Origin: Amoebophrya sp. A120
Taxonomy: Eukaryota > Protista > Dinoflagellata
Direction: 5' to 3'
DNA: 64,000 nucleotides
Assembly (NCBI GenBank): GCA_905178155.1
Contig: CAJINV010000002.1
Location: 11,658,591-11,722,590 of the forward strand
Shown here: one piece after another, positions 24,376 to 34,513 of the stretch
How positions within the stretch are numbered: position 1 is the first letter of the stretch
Layout: each line of letters starts with the position of its first letter
The notes under the pieces: model-generated
Databases searched by the model: none
What the model was told of the DNA's origin: nothing
Seen by the model: only the letters and a program-made list of their open reading frames with translations
Program-made: the position numbers and the translations under genes

Positions 24376-25640
24376 CTTGTACTAGTTTGTGTTATACTCA
24401 CTTTCTTTTGGTCTCGCTATTACGGTCGGGAAAGATAGTAAGCTTTATTTTTCTAGTGTAGTGTAGCAGCGTTCTTGCTTCGTCGGTCCGAAGATAGAAC
24501 CTAAGCTATAGTAAGGAGTTGTACAAACAAGCGTGTTATACTTGAGCAATCGCGCGGTCAGGCAATATACAAACTCAAGATGGCCAACAGCGTTACTTAC
24601 GCAACGTGCCAATATGGGAGCTCAGGTTCTCGTTCATCCATGTGCGGCACATCCAAGCCGATAGGCCAGTCTGGTCAGGATTCTCTTTGTGTCTTAGTTA
24701 GTAGAAGAAGTGCTGCGCAACAACCTGACTAGGATCTGACAGATTCACCTTGGACATGTCAGCCGGACCCTAGGATAAGGTTCCTTCGGGTTAGAGCTAC
24801 AAAAAAAACACGTTCAGGAGCTGAGGGTACAGAAGCGCTCGTTTGGCTATAAATATAAGTCGTATGGCTAGAAGTAGAAGACCAACTTGGCTCAAAAACA
24901 GATAGACAAATTTTCATCACTAAGAGAATTTACGCTTCTTCGATTGTGGTCGAAACTTGTAGCCGCCGCTTGCGACAGAACATGTGTATGTACTATTCAA
25001 GTGTACAACATGCCATCACTATGAATTGTGATACTAAGTCCTCCTGGCTAACAGCCACGGCGCGCACATAGGCATCATTACTGCTTCACCTACGTCCGCT
25101 CGCCTGGGTAAAGTAAAAGTGCCAATAATTCATTCAAGCGTTCAGAGCGTAAGCAAGGGCAGCACCAGCAGATAGATACTCTCCGCGGATCTTTGCAAAG
25201 CACGTGGAGATGAAAGAGCATCGGCACTTTTTCTGAACAGAGCCATTCTTCTTGTTTCTGGTCCTATTTCTTGGAGCTGAAGCTGATCTATCATTTCGGA
25301 ATACGACGGATGCCAAGTATCATCCGCAAATAGCATGGAGAACTACTGGCTTCAATCACGCTTTGTGTTCCGTACTTTTGTGTTTGTGTTTCTCAGACCA
25401 TCATCGTTCGCCTACAATCTAGTACAATCTAGAGGGACCGGGCCATTTCAATCTTCATTCTGCGTTCGTGTGGCAGTGCATTGTACATGAACTATCAAAA
25501 GATGATCAAGCTCTACTTCACAAACAGATCTTCGTTGTTGGTACGTCCGTAGGCGCACGCAGCAAAGTACAAGCAACAGAAGGCCCACAAACCCATGCAT
25601 TAGAGCAGGAGCGTGGACCAGCTGGGTGGACCCCTCAGCG

Positions 25641-26798
25641 TCATTGCATCTCGAGCGTCCCCGCCTCGGCTACCTTGCTACACAGAGCCGCGATCGTCAA
25701 CGTGACCCCAAATCCGGCACACAACAGCGCACAATGCCGTTGTTGTACAGGAGCAACGCCACCTTGCTCCGGATGAAGAGGAAGTTGCAGACCCCGAAGA
25801 TTCCGTCCGTTGCGGCGCGCATTAGCATCAACGCGCCGCTCCGCCAGGGCCCGGGGTCGTAGATTGGCCGGGAAAAAAGGGTTGCGCGGGACCCGAAAAA
25901 ACTCGTTGATTTCGTTCACGTCATCCTCGAAATCGTCCTCCGCCGCGTGGACGTCGTCCAACACCAACCGACGAAAAAGACGGCGCAGTCCCGGCTCCGC
26001 GTCCTCCTGCTGCTGGCGCGCGAGCCGCGCGAGCGGACTGTGCTTCATACTGTCTCCCACGTCAAAATGAATGTCGTTGTGGTCTGAATCCCGGAAGAGT
26101 GCAGGTCCGAGCGGTCTCTTCTGTCCTCGGCGGCAACAAGCCGAACAAACGACAGAAAACAGTGCGGAAAATAAACTGGTGACGGGTACAGCCTCGTCTG
26201 CGTGGTGCCGAGTAGCTTTCAGATACACCATTAGCCGGCTGTCCCGGTACATTTCCTTGCAAGTTGGGCAATAATTTACGTCCCACACACAAACCCGGCT
26301 CTGCTGCAATTTTGCCTGTTGCCATTCCCGGACACACCGCAAGTGTACCGCACTCTGTGTGCCCCTGCAGTTGCATACGTCAACACCGAGAAAGTTGGGT
26401 ATCTTTCGGCGGCTTTTTGTGAAAGGCAACCCTAGGAAATCTTCCGGGTCCTCCTCCTGAAAGCAGATGCGACAACACAATCGCTGCTCGTCGCTACCGG
26501 CAGACGATGCTGCGCTGGAAAGAGGATGTGCATGTTGACCTCCAGCAGAAGTAGAAGCTGAGCTACTCCTCGCGCCACCGCTCCCCTCCTCGCTTAGTAC
26601 TCGCTGGACCGCAGGTGCTCGATGGCGCGGACTTGGACACCACTCGTGGTGCCTGCCAAGGTGCGACCACAGACAGCCGCAACAATCCGCGTCTTCGAGG
26701 AGAGTGGATGAGCAGAGTGGAAGGTGGCAGAATAACAAAGCAAACACAGGGAAGCAACGCCAACAGAAAGCAGCTGTACGGTAAACACAATAATCCAT
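25641..26798 (-). CDS. RING-CH (RINGv/MARCH-type) zinc-finger protein with hydrophobic N-terminus
   Basis: CRICFQEE..CNCRGTQSAVHLRCVREWQ..CPTCK is a C4HC3 RING-CH pattern; signal-peptide-like N-terminus. Confidence 0.85.
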   Translation of the reverse strand: MDYCVYRTAAFCWRCFPVFALLFCHLPLCSSTLLEDADCCGCLWSHLGRHHEWCPSPRHRAPAVQRVLSEEGSGGARSSSASTSAGGQHAHPLSSAASSAGSDEQRLCCRICFQEEDPEDFLGLPFTKSRRKIPNFLGVDVCNCRGTQSAVHLRCVREWQQAKLQQSRVCVWDVNYCPTCKEMYRDSRLMVYLKATRHHADEAVPVTSLFSALFSVVCSACCRRGQKRPLGPALFRDSDHNDIHFDVGDSMKHSPLARLARQQQEDAEPGLRRLFRRLVLDDVHAAEDDFEDDVNEINEFFRVPRNPFFPANLRPRALAERRVDANARRNGRNLRGLQLPLHPEQGGVAPVQQRHCALLCAGFGVTLTIAALCSKVAEAGTLEMQ

Positions 26799-27036
26799 GG
26801 TACGCTAGACGAAATAGCAGGGACTCTGATTCTACTATGTGTCCAAAACTACATCACTGAAGGTCATTCATCGCATCAACACGTGCTGCGCTTCTTCTTT
26901 CTGGGTAAAGTCAGAACGGGCAAAGCACGTTTGTATGTGTTGGTCTTGCAGCTGCCGTGCCGAGTCGCTGAAAGAACAAAGATGACACTAGTATGAACGC
27001 ACAGCACATCATGGGAACCACGACTCGTCCATTCTG

Positions 27037-28695
27037 TCACTTGAGCTCGATGTAAGACATCCAGCAGTAGCCAAAATAGTGGAGATACTTTTCAGGATCG
27101 GTCTGAACGTCCAAGAGGTTAAAATTCAGCGTGCGTATCATGATTCTATCAACAATGTGCATGTCATCGTCATGTTCCGCGTTGAGTAGTGCCGCTGGGT
27201 CCACTTTTTCCCCGCCCATCCTGCGAAAGCAGCTCCCAACGCCCTCCGCGCTGCTGAAGCGTTTGTGGAAGTTCCACTGTAGAATACCTTCCGTGGTCTC
27301 CTCTGTGCCGAAAAGCGCAGGGAAACTAAGAACCGGAGGAATCACCGTGTACTCAACCACATTGTTTTCAAACCACTCTAGCTCCGCAGTTTTCTTCATC
27401 TTGGTCGCGGCTGCAGATGCACTTGCAGCCGCTCCTTTTTCTTCTACTGACGCAACGGGTCGCACAGACTCCCTCTCCCCCGACCCCCGGCCGGCGCTCG
27501 CAAGAATTTGTTTCGGCGTAAGCAAACGTTCCCCTCGGCTCCAGCCTAGCCCGGGCGGATAGTTGTCGTCAAGAATGAAGCGCTTGAAGCCGCGCGCGCG
27601 CAGGCTGGCGAGTCGCACGAGCGGCGCTACGTGATCGTCAAGAAAGACCAACGCTCGCTCCGGTTTGACCGCGTCGTAGAAGGTTCGCAGCCAGAACGGA
27701 TCAATTTTTGAGTCAGCAGCCGGTTGGTAAGACCCTGCCTTCTCTTCGAGGAGCGGCTGGGGGTGCGACTCTTCCGCATCCAGGAGATCTAGCTCGACGA
27801 TACGCAACTCTGTAAGATCCGGGTTATAAATCATGCGCGAAATATTAAATGAGGAGGCAAGCGAGCGGCTGCCGTTGCTGCGGTCGTGACCCTGGACTTC
27901 GTGACTTTTGCACTGGCTTTTGCATCGACTTTCGCAGGCACTCTGAAATAAATGACCAGAAGCCTTTTCCGTAGATTCCTGTGATTCCCCTTCGCGTTTT
28001 TGATCGCGTATCCCCTCATTCATCCGCAAATTTGTAATCCGCTCGCTGAGCAATCTCTGCAGTTCTTGTGGCGATTCCGCTAGATTTCCTTGGGCAAAAT
28101 CAAGGTCCGTGATGTCGGTGAAAAAGGGGCCTAAAAGATACGTATGTGCCGCGGAATTGATGAAAATTCGGCGTCTATCTCCTTGGCAAATAGGCTCAGA
28201 TAGAGGATCCATGGAGATGATTACTTTTTCTTGATTACTTCCCGCTCGACTTTCCTGCTGCTCGTGTCTCCACAACAGCGCATCCGTGCCATTTTCGTGG
28301 ACACCGAGCGCGTGTCGCAGCAAATACGTCGACTGGCCCTGGTTAAATCCGCTCTCCAGAACGGTATCGATTGCGTTTCTGTCCGCTAGACGCTTCACTT
28401 CCCGCCACAAGCCAAAGGCGTGGTTGAACTGCACACCGCATCTGTTGTGCTCCAGCGGCCGGTCCTTGTAAATTTTGGAGAACTGGATTAAGTCGTCGAC
28501 AAGGGTTTCCCGGAAATGCGACCACGGACGGGAGGTCCAGCGCGTGGAAGTGTCAGAAAGGGTTTCTTCCGACGGTTGCAGTTGCGATGACACAAGCTGC
28601 TGCGCAAATTGCGTAAACACGGCAAGAGTTGTTACCAAAATTATGCGCACACGGTGCGAAGCAGTGAACAAAACAGACCACAAGGGAGAGCCCAT
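27037..28695 (-). CDS. N-terminally anchored class I SAM-methyltransferase-like protein
   Basis: 552-aa ORF with N-terminal TM. Motifs NHAFGLW, VLESGFNQGQSTYLLR (motif-I-like), ISMDP, LVFLDDH and FILDDNY. Confidence 0.6.
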   Translation of the reverse strand: MGSPLWSVLFTASHRVRIILVTTLAVFTQFAQQLVSSQLQPSEETLSDTSTRWTSRPWSHFRETLVDDLIQFSKIYKDRPLEHNRCGVQFNHAFGLWREVKRLADRNAIDTVLESGFNQGQSTYLLRHALGVHENGTDALLWRHEQQESRAGSNQEKVIISMDPLSEPICQGDRRRIFINSAAHTYLLGPFFTDITDLDFAQGNLAESPQELQRLLSERITNLRMNEGIRDQKREGESQESTEKASGHLFQSACESRCKSQCKSHEVQGHDRSNGSRSLASSFNISRMIYNPDLTELRIVELDLLDAEESHPQPLLEEKAGSYQPAADSKIDPFWLRTFYDAVKPERALVFLDDHVAPLVRLASLRARGFKRFILDDNYPPGLGWSRGERLLTPKQILASAGRGSGERESVRPVASVEEKGAAASASAAATKMKKTAELEWFENNVVEYTVIPPVLSFPALFGTEETTEGILQWNFHKRFSSAEGVGSCFRRMGGEKVDPAALLNAEHDDDMHIVDRIMIRTLNFNLLDVQTDPEKYLHYFGYCWMSYIELK

Positions 28696-29220
28696 TCTTG
28701 TTTTTTTTTTTTGGTTTTAGTGCCACTCCGGCAAATATCTGCAATCAACGGAAAGGACTGTGGTTGACAACGCGTTTCGGCCACGTTATCACTTATTACC
28801 AGTAAAGACAAGCACCGGTTAGAGACCGTCGAAAGCTACTCACACTCGCACACGAGTCGTTGCGGTTGCATCAACACCCAGCAGTTGTGGTGTCTGTGCA
28901 TTAATACCGTGCGGCCCTCTGGTGGCGGAACAGCAAAGCAGTAACTCCATTCTTCATCAAATATCCGAAGTTCATAATTCTTTCTCTAGATAAGCACATA
29001 CATGCAGACATATAGAGTCTGCACAGAGACAACTTCAGATCGGGGAGCGAGTTGCTCTTGGCTCGTTGTCCTTGTTCTGTCGCGGTCGTTCTTTATCCGA
29101 AGCTCATCTCGGATTTATCTATCAAACGAGCACGCATCTGTTTCAAGATGTCTTCCAGAACCATTCCAGTAATTACGCAAAGATCATCAGACTTATTGTC
29201 GCTAATGAAAAAATGTTTTT

Positions 29221-31596
29221 CTACAATGGTGTGTCCCACCCCTCGCCAGCACCTGGCGTTCCCCCCTTGTGATCTTCGCCGCTGCTTGCCAGTTCTGACG
29301 CGTAAAGGTCCAAAAAGGATTCCGGCTCCGCTGCTTGCCCTGGACCCCCAGTGTCGTCAACGTCCCAGTAGTTTCCGCCGTCCCAAGCAGTTTGGTTTCC
29401 CCCGGCAGCGCCCGCTACTTCGCCGACGTCGAGCCTCAGGTCCGCGTCGCCCTTACTCTGTTCATCCCCGGAAGACTTCGATGTGCCCTCCTCTGCTGCG
29501 AGAAAGGCTTCGAACGACGAAGCTCTTTTTTCATTTCCTTCCAACTCCTTCAGACTGGGGATCACCGCGTCGTTGCTGGTGTCCTCCGCGGCACTGCTGG
29601 GGTCGAGTCGGAAGTTGTCGTCTCGAGGTAACACGATCGGGACGGGAACCTTCTTGTCGTAGAACGTATTAAACATCTCTTTGAACGTATTGTAGTGGAT
29701 GTCCACCACGTCCTTCACATTCGCGCTGTATCCGCCCGCCAAAACCGCCGCCGTTGGGAGAAACGCTTCCTCGCAGAACTTGAACACCCACCGGTCTCGC
29801 TGCCGCAACGCTTCTTTACTCACGTCTAAGCTGCTGATGGAGGGGACGGAGGACTTGTGCGGATCTGCGCCGGCGACGTAAACGACGAGATCGAAGGTGT
29901 CAGACAGGTACTCCTTCGCGCCGTAGTATTCTTCGACGTCTTGCAGTGTTTGCTTCACCATTTCCAGGTACTCCTCGTCCTTGGCGTTCATGGAAAGTTC
30001 ATTGTCCATGAAGCTTCTCCTGCGGTGCTCGAACGCGTCGGAGGGCGCGTGTAGAGAAACTGTTTTCACGTACGGGTGGGGAATCCGTTCGAAAAAGGGG
30101 GAAAATTCCGGATCCTCCTCCACGACCGCACTCCAGAACTCCGGGGCGCACTCGTAGTCAGGGACCGGCCGGTTGATCCGCCCCACTTTTGCCTTGTTCA
30201 GTTTGTGGTGGTACAAATGGTCCAACACGTCGCCGTCCTCGAGACCAAACCGGTTGTGCGGCTGGATAAAGCGGAGCACATCGTTCTCCTTGTCGACGGC
30301 GAATTCCGGCTCGTAAACACCGAGGACGCCGCCCCGCACCGTGGTTTTGTAGAGGGGGGGAAAAAAGTTGTTCAGCCCGTTCGGGCGATGCGATGTGAAA
30401 TCCATCACTAGAGCGCCTTTCTTCAGCATCCCTTTCGCGCGAAGAACTTGGAGGGAAATGGCGATGTCATTGACGACGCAGTACTGGTCGCCGCCGTGCG
30501 GTGCGGCCTGCGTGTGCCCGCCGCCAAGGCTCATGCCGCAGGTTTTCGTGTGCAATGCGTCTTCGAAAGCGGCGAGAGTGGACGCGCAGTCGAAGTAGAC
30601 GTCCTTTTTGAGCACGTCCTGATTGTAGGGAAGAAAAAACTCCATGTTCGGTTTCGGAAACTCGGCCACGGCGTCTTTCTGAAGGTAGTCTTCCAAAAAT
30701 CGTTTCTTGTACCTGCTCGTGTGAAACAGCTGGACCGCCGTCTTGACGTGCTCGAGCCGGTCGATGGAACTGAACTCCTTCCGAAACGGTCTGGCATCCT
30801 CGCCGGGAAGGGGCTTCTTGCTCTCCTTGCGCGGGTGGATGAATTCCACTTCTCTACCCCGGTACTTTTTCGCACTGTAACCTTTCTTGATCCGTTCGTA
30901 GAGCAGCTTGTACTTTTCCTCGTGCATTTTTTCCCCCTTGTACAGATTGTCCACTCTTCTGAAGTACCTGATCCGCATCGGGTTCTCCCGTTCGTCCATC
31001 GAGGCGTCGTCCGTGTCGGGAGAATCGTGGCGGCGTCCGCGCCGACCCCCGCTGCGGCGCGGGCTCCTCCGCTCCTCGCGATCCCGCCCGGCACGGGGCT
31101 CTTCCTTCGCTCCCTCCGCTCCGAAGGCGTCGAACATGTTTGCGGCCCGCACGAGTTTCCGTTCCTCCTTCTCGCGCTCGAGTTCGCGCTCGCGTTCCTC
31201 CTGCAAGCGTCGCCGCTCCTCGCGCTTCGCTCGGTCTTGCTCTTCCCGCTCCTTGATCGCCTCTTCGCGGATCCGTGCGATCTCCGCCTCCTGGCGTTCG
31301 TACTCCGCCATCTTGAACTTCTCGAGGACTGCGGTATCATTTTCTTTCACCGCCCGGTTGTACTCGTCGTACTCGGCCTTCCAAGCGTGAAACTCGGCGA
31401 GTCGTGTCGCGGTCTCGGCCGGGATCTCCCCCCTCTCGTTGTATGCGAACCACTCCTCCTCGGTTTCCAGCCACGGTGCTGTTGGTGTGCCCCATTGCAA
31501 ATCCGCTACGTTGTCGGTGCGAACGAGAACAGGATCGCCGCGCTCCCACCCGTTCACGAACCCTTGCTTCCCGTGAGGAACGTAAGCATACGACAT
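29221..31596 (-). CDS. histone deacetylase family protein (class IV/HDAC11-like) with degenerate active site and charged N-terminal extension
   Basis: GGGHTQA..GDQYCVVNDIA, VMDFTSHRPNG, TVSLH, DLVVYVAGADPH, RDRWVF, VLAGGY. Confidence 0.85.
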   Translation of the reverse strand: MSYAYVPHGKQGFVNGWERGDPVLVRTDNVADLQWGTPTAPWLETEEEWFAYNERGEIPAETATRLAEFHAWKAEYDEYNRAVKENDTAVLEKFKMAEYERQEAEIARIREEAIKEREEQDRAKREERRRLQEERERELEREKEERKLVRAANMFDAFGAEGAKEEPRAGRDREERRSPRRSGGRRGRRHDSPDTDDASMDERENPMRIRYFRRVDNLYKGEKMHEEKYKLLYERIKKGYSAKKYRGREVEFIHPRKESKKPLPGEDARPFRKEFSSIDRLEHVKTAVQLFHTSRYKKRFLEDYLQKDAVAEFPKPNMEFFLPYNQDVLKKDVYFDCASTLAAFEDALHTKTCGMSLGGGHTQAAPHGGDQYCVVNDIAISLQVLRAKGMLKKGALVMDFTSHRPNGLNNFFPPLYKTTVRGGVLGVYEPEFAVDKENDVLRFIQPHNRFGLEDGDVLDHLYHHKLNKAKVGRINRPVPDYECAPEFWSAVVEEDPEFSPFFERIPHPYVKTVSLHAPSDAFEHRRRSFMDNELSMNAKDEEYLEMVKQTLQDVEEYYGAKEYLSDTFDLVVYVAGADPHKSSVPSISSLDVSKEALRQRDRWVFKFCEEAFLPTAAVLAGGYSANVKDVVDIHYNTFKEMFNTFYDKKVPVPIVLPRDDNFRLDPSSAAEDTSNDAVIPSLKELEGNEKRASSFEAFLAAEEGTSKSSGDEQSKGDADLRLDVGEVAGAAGGNQTAWDGGNYWDVDDTGGPGQAAEPESFLDLYASELASSGEDHKGGTPGAGEGWDTPL

Positions 31597-32400
31597 GTTT
31601 TCCGCGCTCTTGTGTCGCGCGCAAGAGTTCTTCTAACTCTGGATGAGAAAGTCTAGTGTCTCAGGAATCGGAGGGCAGCTTTTATTTTTCATCTCGGAAA
31701 TAATTCTTTAGCATTTCGAACCGGATCCATGTCTCTTGCCGACAAGTAAAGCTCAACTCCATTCGTGACGTCGCTGTTGCGGATGAGTATTGAAGTGAAA
31801 GTGAAGCGATCCCCTTTTCTGACGCTTACGCTTTGGAACAGCAGTTGCTCATCCATCGACTTCTTAGTGTGGTGATCGCAAACATGTTTTTCATTTCTCT
31901 ATTCCCGGTTAAAATTTTGTACACAAGTTCATCTGAGAGAGTTGAAGTTTCTTAGAATTCCTCTCGAGATCGCGCCCGCAAAATTGCGTAAAGTAAAAAC
32001 TAAAAACAAAATTATTGTACATGCGTTTGGTTGAAAAGATTTTCTGAAAGATTTGCTTCTTGCGTTTGCTGATTTGTGCCAACGATAAATACAGTTTCTG
32101 AATCTGAAAAGTTAAGGTAGAGTTTGTCAAGTTCTGCTGAATCGATCCTGCTACTACTAAAATTTTGGTTTACTTAGTTTGTCTGATACGTCAACTTTTT
32201 TCTGGAGCTAGTATACGAACGCGTATTACTTCTCATCAAACGATTCATCTCCGCCCGGTTGAATTTGCTGAAAACTGAATATAGTAATGTTTTGTTTGAA
32301 ATCGCACCGGTACATACTCGAAGCGAAAATTAGTGCTTTGAAGCGAAAATTAGTGTTACGAAATACATACAAACCCAAGCACTTACCATTTTCGCACCTC

Positions 32401-33776
32401 TCACTTCTGCGTCGCCGGATTGGACATGAACTGCGAGTGCTGCAGCTGAATGGCGTTCCTCGCCCGGTGCACTTTCGCGCGGAACGGGGACACGAAGTCT
32501 TCCCGCTCTTGCAAGAGCATCTTTTCGACTTGCCCCGTCTTCACATCGTGCTCGATCTTCTCCCGCAGCTCCATGATGCGGGTCAGGACCAAAACATCCG
32601 ACGGCACTGTGAGTTTTTGAAATTTCAGATGCGCGAAAGTGAAACAGCAAAGTTGTCTCGCATGCGAGGACTCAGACTCACTCACGCCTACAACAAAAAC
32701 GACAAATCAATACTGATCAGTCCCTTCCGCTGGATGTCCAACTGGTTGAAGATCAGTTTCAGGTCCACTTCGAAGGGCAGCGGCATCCGCTTCTTCATGG
32801 CGATCAAGAACTCGGGCAGCGACAAGATTCCGTTTCCGTTCATATCCAGAGCGCGGAGAGCACGATCGGGAGAACCGAATTCCTGAAACACCCACTCTGC
32901 GTAGCGGACCATTTGGGTCGGATAACTCTGGTATTCCTGTGGTAGTTTGAGGATACGGATAGGGGGAAGGGTGATGAGTTTTTCAATCAATTTGTGCCGT
33001 CGAAAAAAAGGTATGTAGAAATCCATCAATTACTCTCTTGGAAGTACCTGCATCTCCGGTGTCTTGTAGTCTTCCAAACTGGCGAAACCGGAGAACAGAT
33101 CCTTGAGTTTTTTCTTTGCCCCCCTGCGCGACTTGCCACCACTCTGTCGGTTGTTCTCCTCTTCTTCCTCCTCCTGACTGGCCCGCGCCTGCAGCGGGTT
33201 TTGCAGCGCCACCAGCTCCCGCACCTGCTCGACGGATTCTCCGGATCGCACGGCCACGTACAATGGCTCGAAGGAAAGTTCCTTCCGCTGCACGCTGTTG
33301 TGGTTAGTGCTCATGTCGTACCGAGCCTCCTCGGACAAGTGGCTGTCCTCCAGAAACGCCTGCCTTCTGCGCTTCTTCAAGTCCTGTGGGGTCACGTGCA
33401 CTGGGACGAACGAGCGGCGCTCCATCTCCGCCAGAAACGCGTTCCGCTTCTCCTTCGGCTTCTTCGGTGACTGGAGCGCTGGCAATTTTCTCGTCGTGGT
33501 AGCGGCCGAATCAGTCATGTCCGGAGCGCCCTGCTTGGAACTAGCTTGTTTCTTCTTCGCAGAGAGGTGCTGCTGCATGCGTTCCTCCTTTTTCGCAATT
33601 TCCGCTTTGATCCTTTCCGAACGGAAGTCTCGTTTCTCCCGTCCGTACGTCTTGGTGGGTTGCTTTGCCGCGAAGGGATCCGGGATGTACTTGCTGCGGA
33701 GCCGGAATTGGTAATCCACACCGTCCACGGCATACCTGGACAATTCGTAGGCGTATGAGGCGTCTGACGCAGTCAT
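32401..33776 (-). CDS. EF-hand protein, at least 3 exons; may be the 3' part of the gene starting at 36666
   Basis: ORFs 33030-33776, 32688-33029 (DMNGNGILSLPEF and DIQRKGLISIDL EF-hand loops) and 32401-32685. Confidence 0.65.
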
Positions 33777-33891
33777 AAATTACATCCACGGGGCATGGGA
33801 CATTCATCTGTCTGATGAGCATCCCCGCGGCCCGACGGTGTAATGGTCGACAATGGAACTACTTTAGTTCAAGGCCCCCGCGGAAAAGACC

Positions 33892-34265
33892 GCACAAAGT
33901 TGTCTGACTAGCATTGACGGCGCCCGCCGCTGTGCTCGATATTGGGCAAAAAAATTCCTGAGCTGCCGCGCAAAACTGTCTGATTAGCATGTACGAAGCC
34001 CTGCGGTACACTCGACATTGGACCTAATTCAGATCAAAGTTAGCGCGCGAAAAACCGGGCAAAACTGTGTGATTAGCATTCACGGCGCAGACGCTATGCT
34101 CGACATTCATTGGGAAACAAAGTTCCTAAGCTGCTGCGCAAAACTATCTGATTAGCATTCACAGCGCCAGGCGCCACGCTCGACATTGGGGAAAGACAGT
34201 CACATTTGCCGCGCAAACCTGTCTGCTTGGCATCCTCGGCGCTTGTTGCTGTGCTCGATATTGGG
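33892..34265. repeat. degenerate minisatellite, 5 units with 75-90 bp period
   Basis: Core gcaaaactgtctgattagcatt..cggcgc..gctcgacattggg at about 33892, 33970, 34059, 34138 and 34213. Confidence 0.85.
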
Positions 34266-34513
34266 TTTGGGCCTAAACAAGGTGGCCCACCACGAGATGC
34301 AAATATAACCTGATTTCCCGAGATACCATGGCCATACACAAGACGTGGCAAAGAAATGACCTGGCCCACTAATGTCCCCGGCGCTCGATGTCGATGCTGT
34401 TTTCGACAGCCGATATCTTCAAAGTAATTGTTTCGCGAAATTAATTTTTCTGCTCATTGAACAGCACTGTTCTAAAGACAGGAGGTCAGCATCCGAACCA
34501 GGAAAAAAAATCC

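Noticed and set aside
24880-24900. ttggctcaa as a relic dinoflagellate spliced leader
   Set aside because: Only about 9 nt match and it is on the non-coding strand, which is consistent with chance.
33892-34265. Repeat-spacer-like array as CRISPR
   Set aside because: The repeats are too divergent, the linkers are related to each other, and there are no cas genes.
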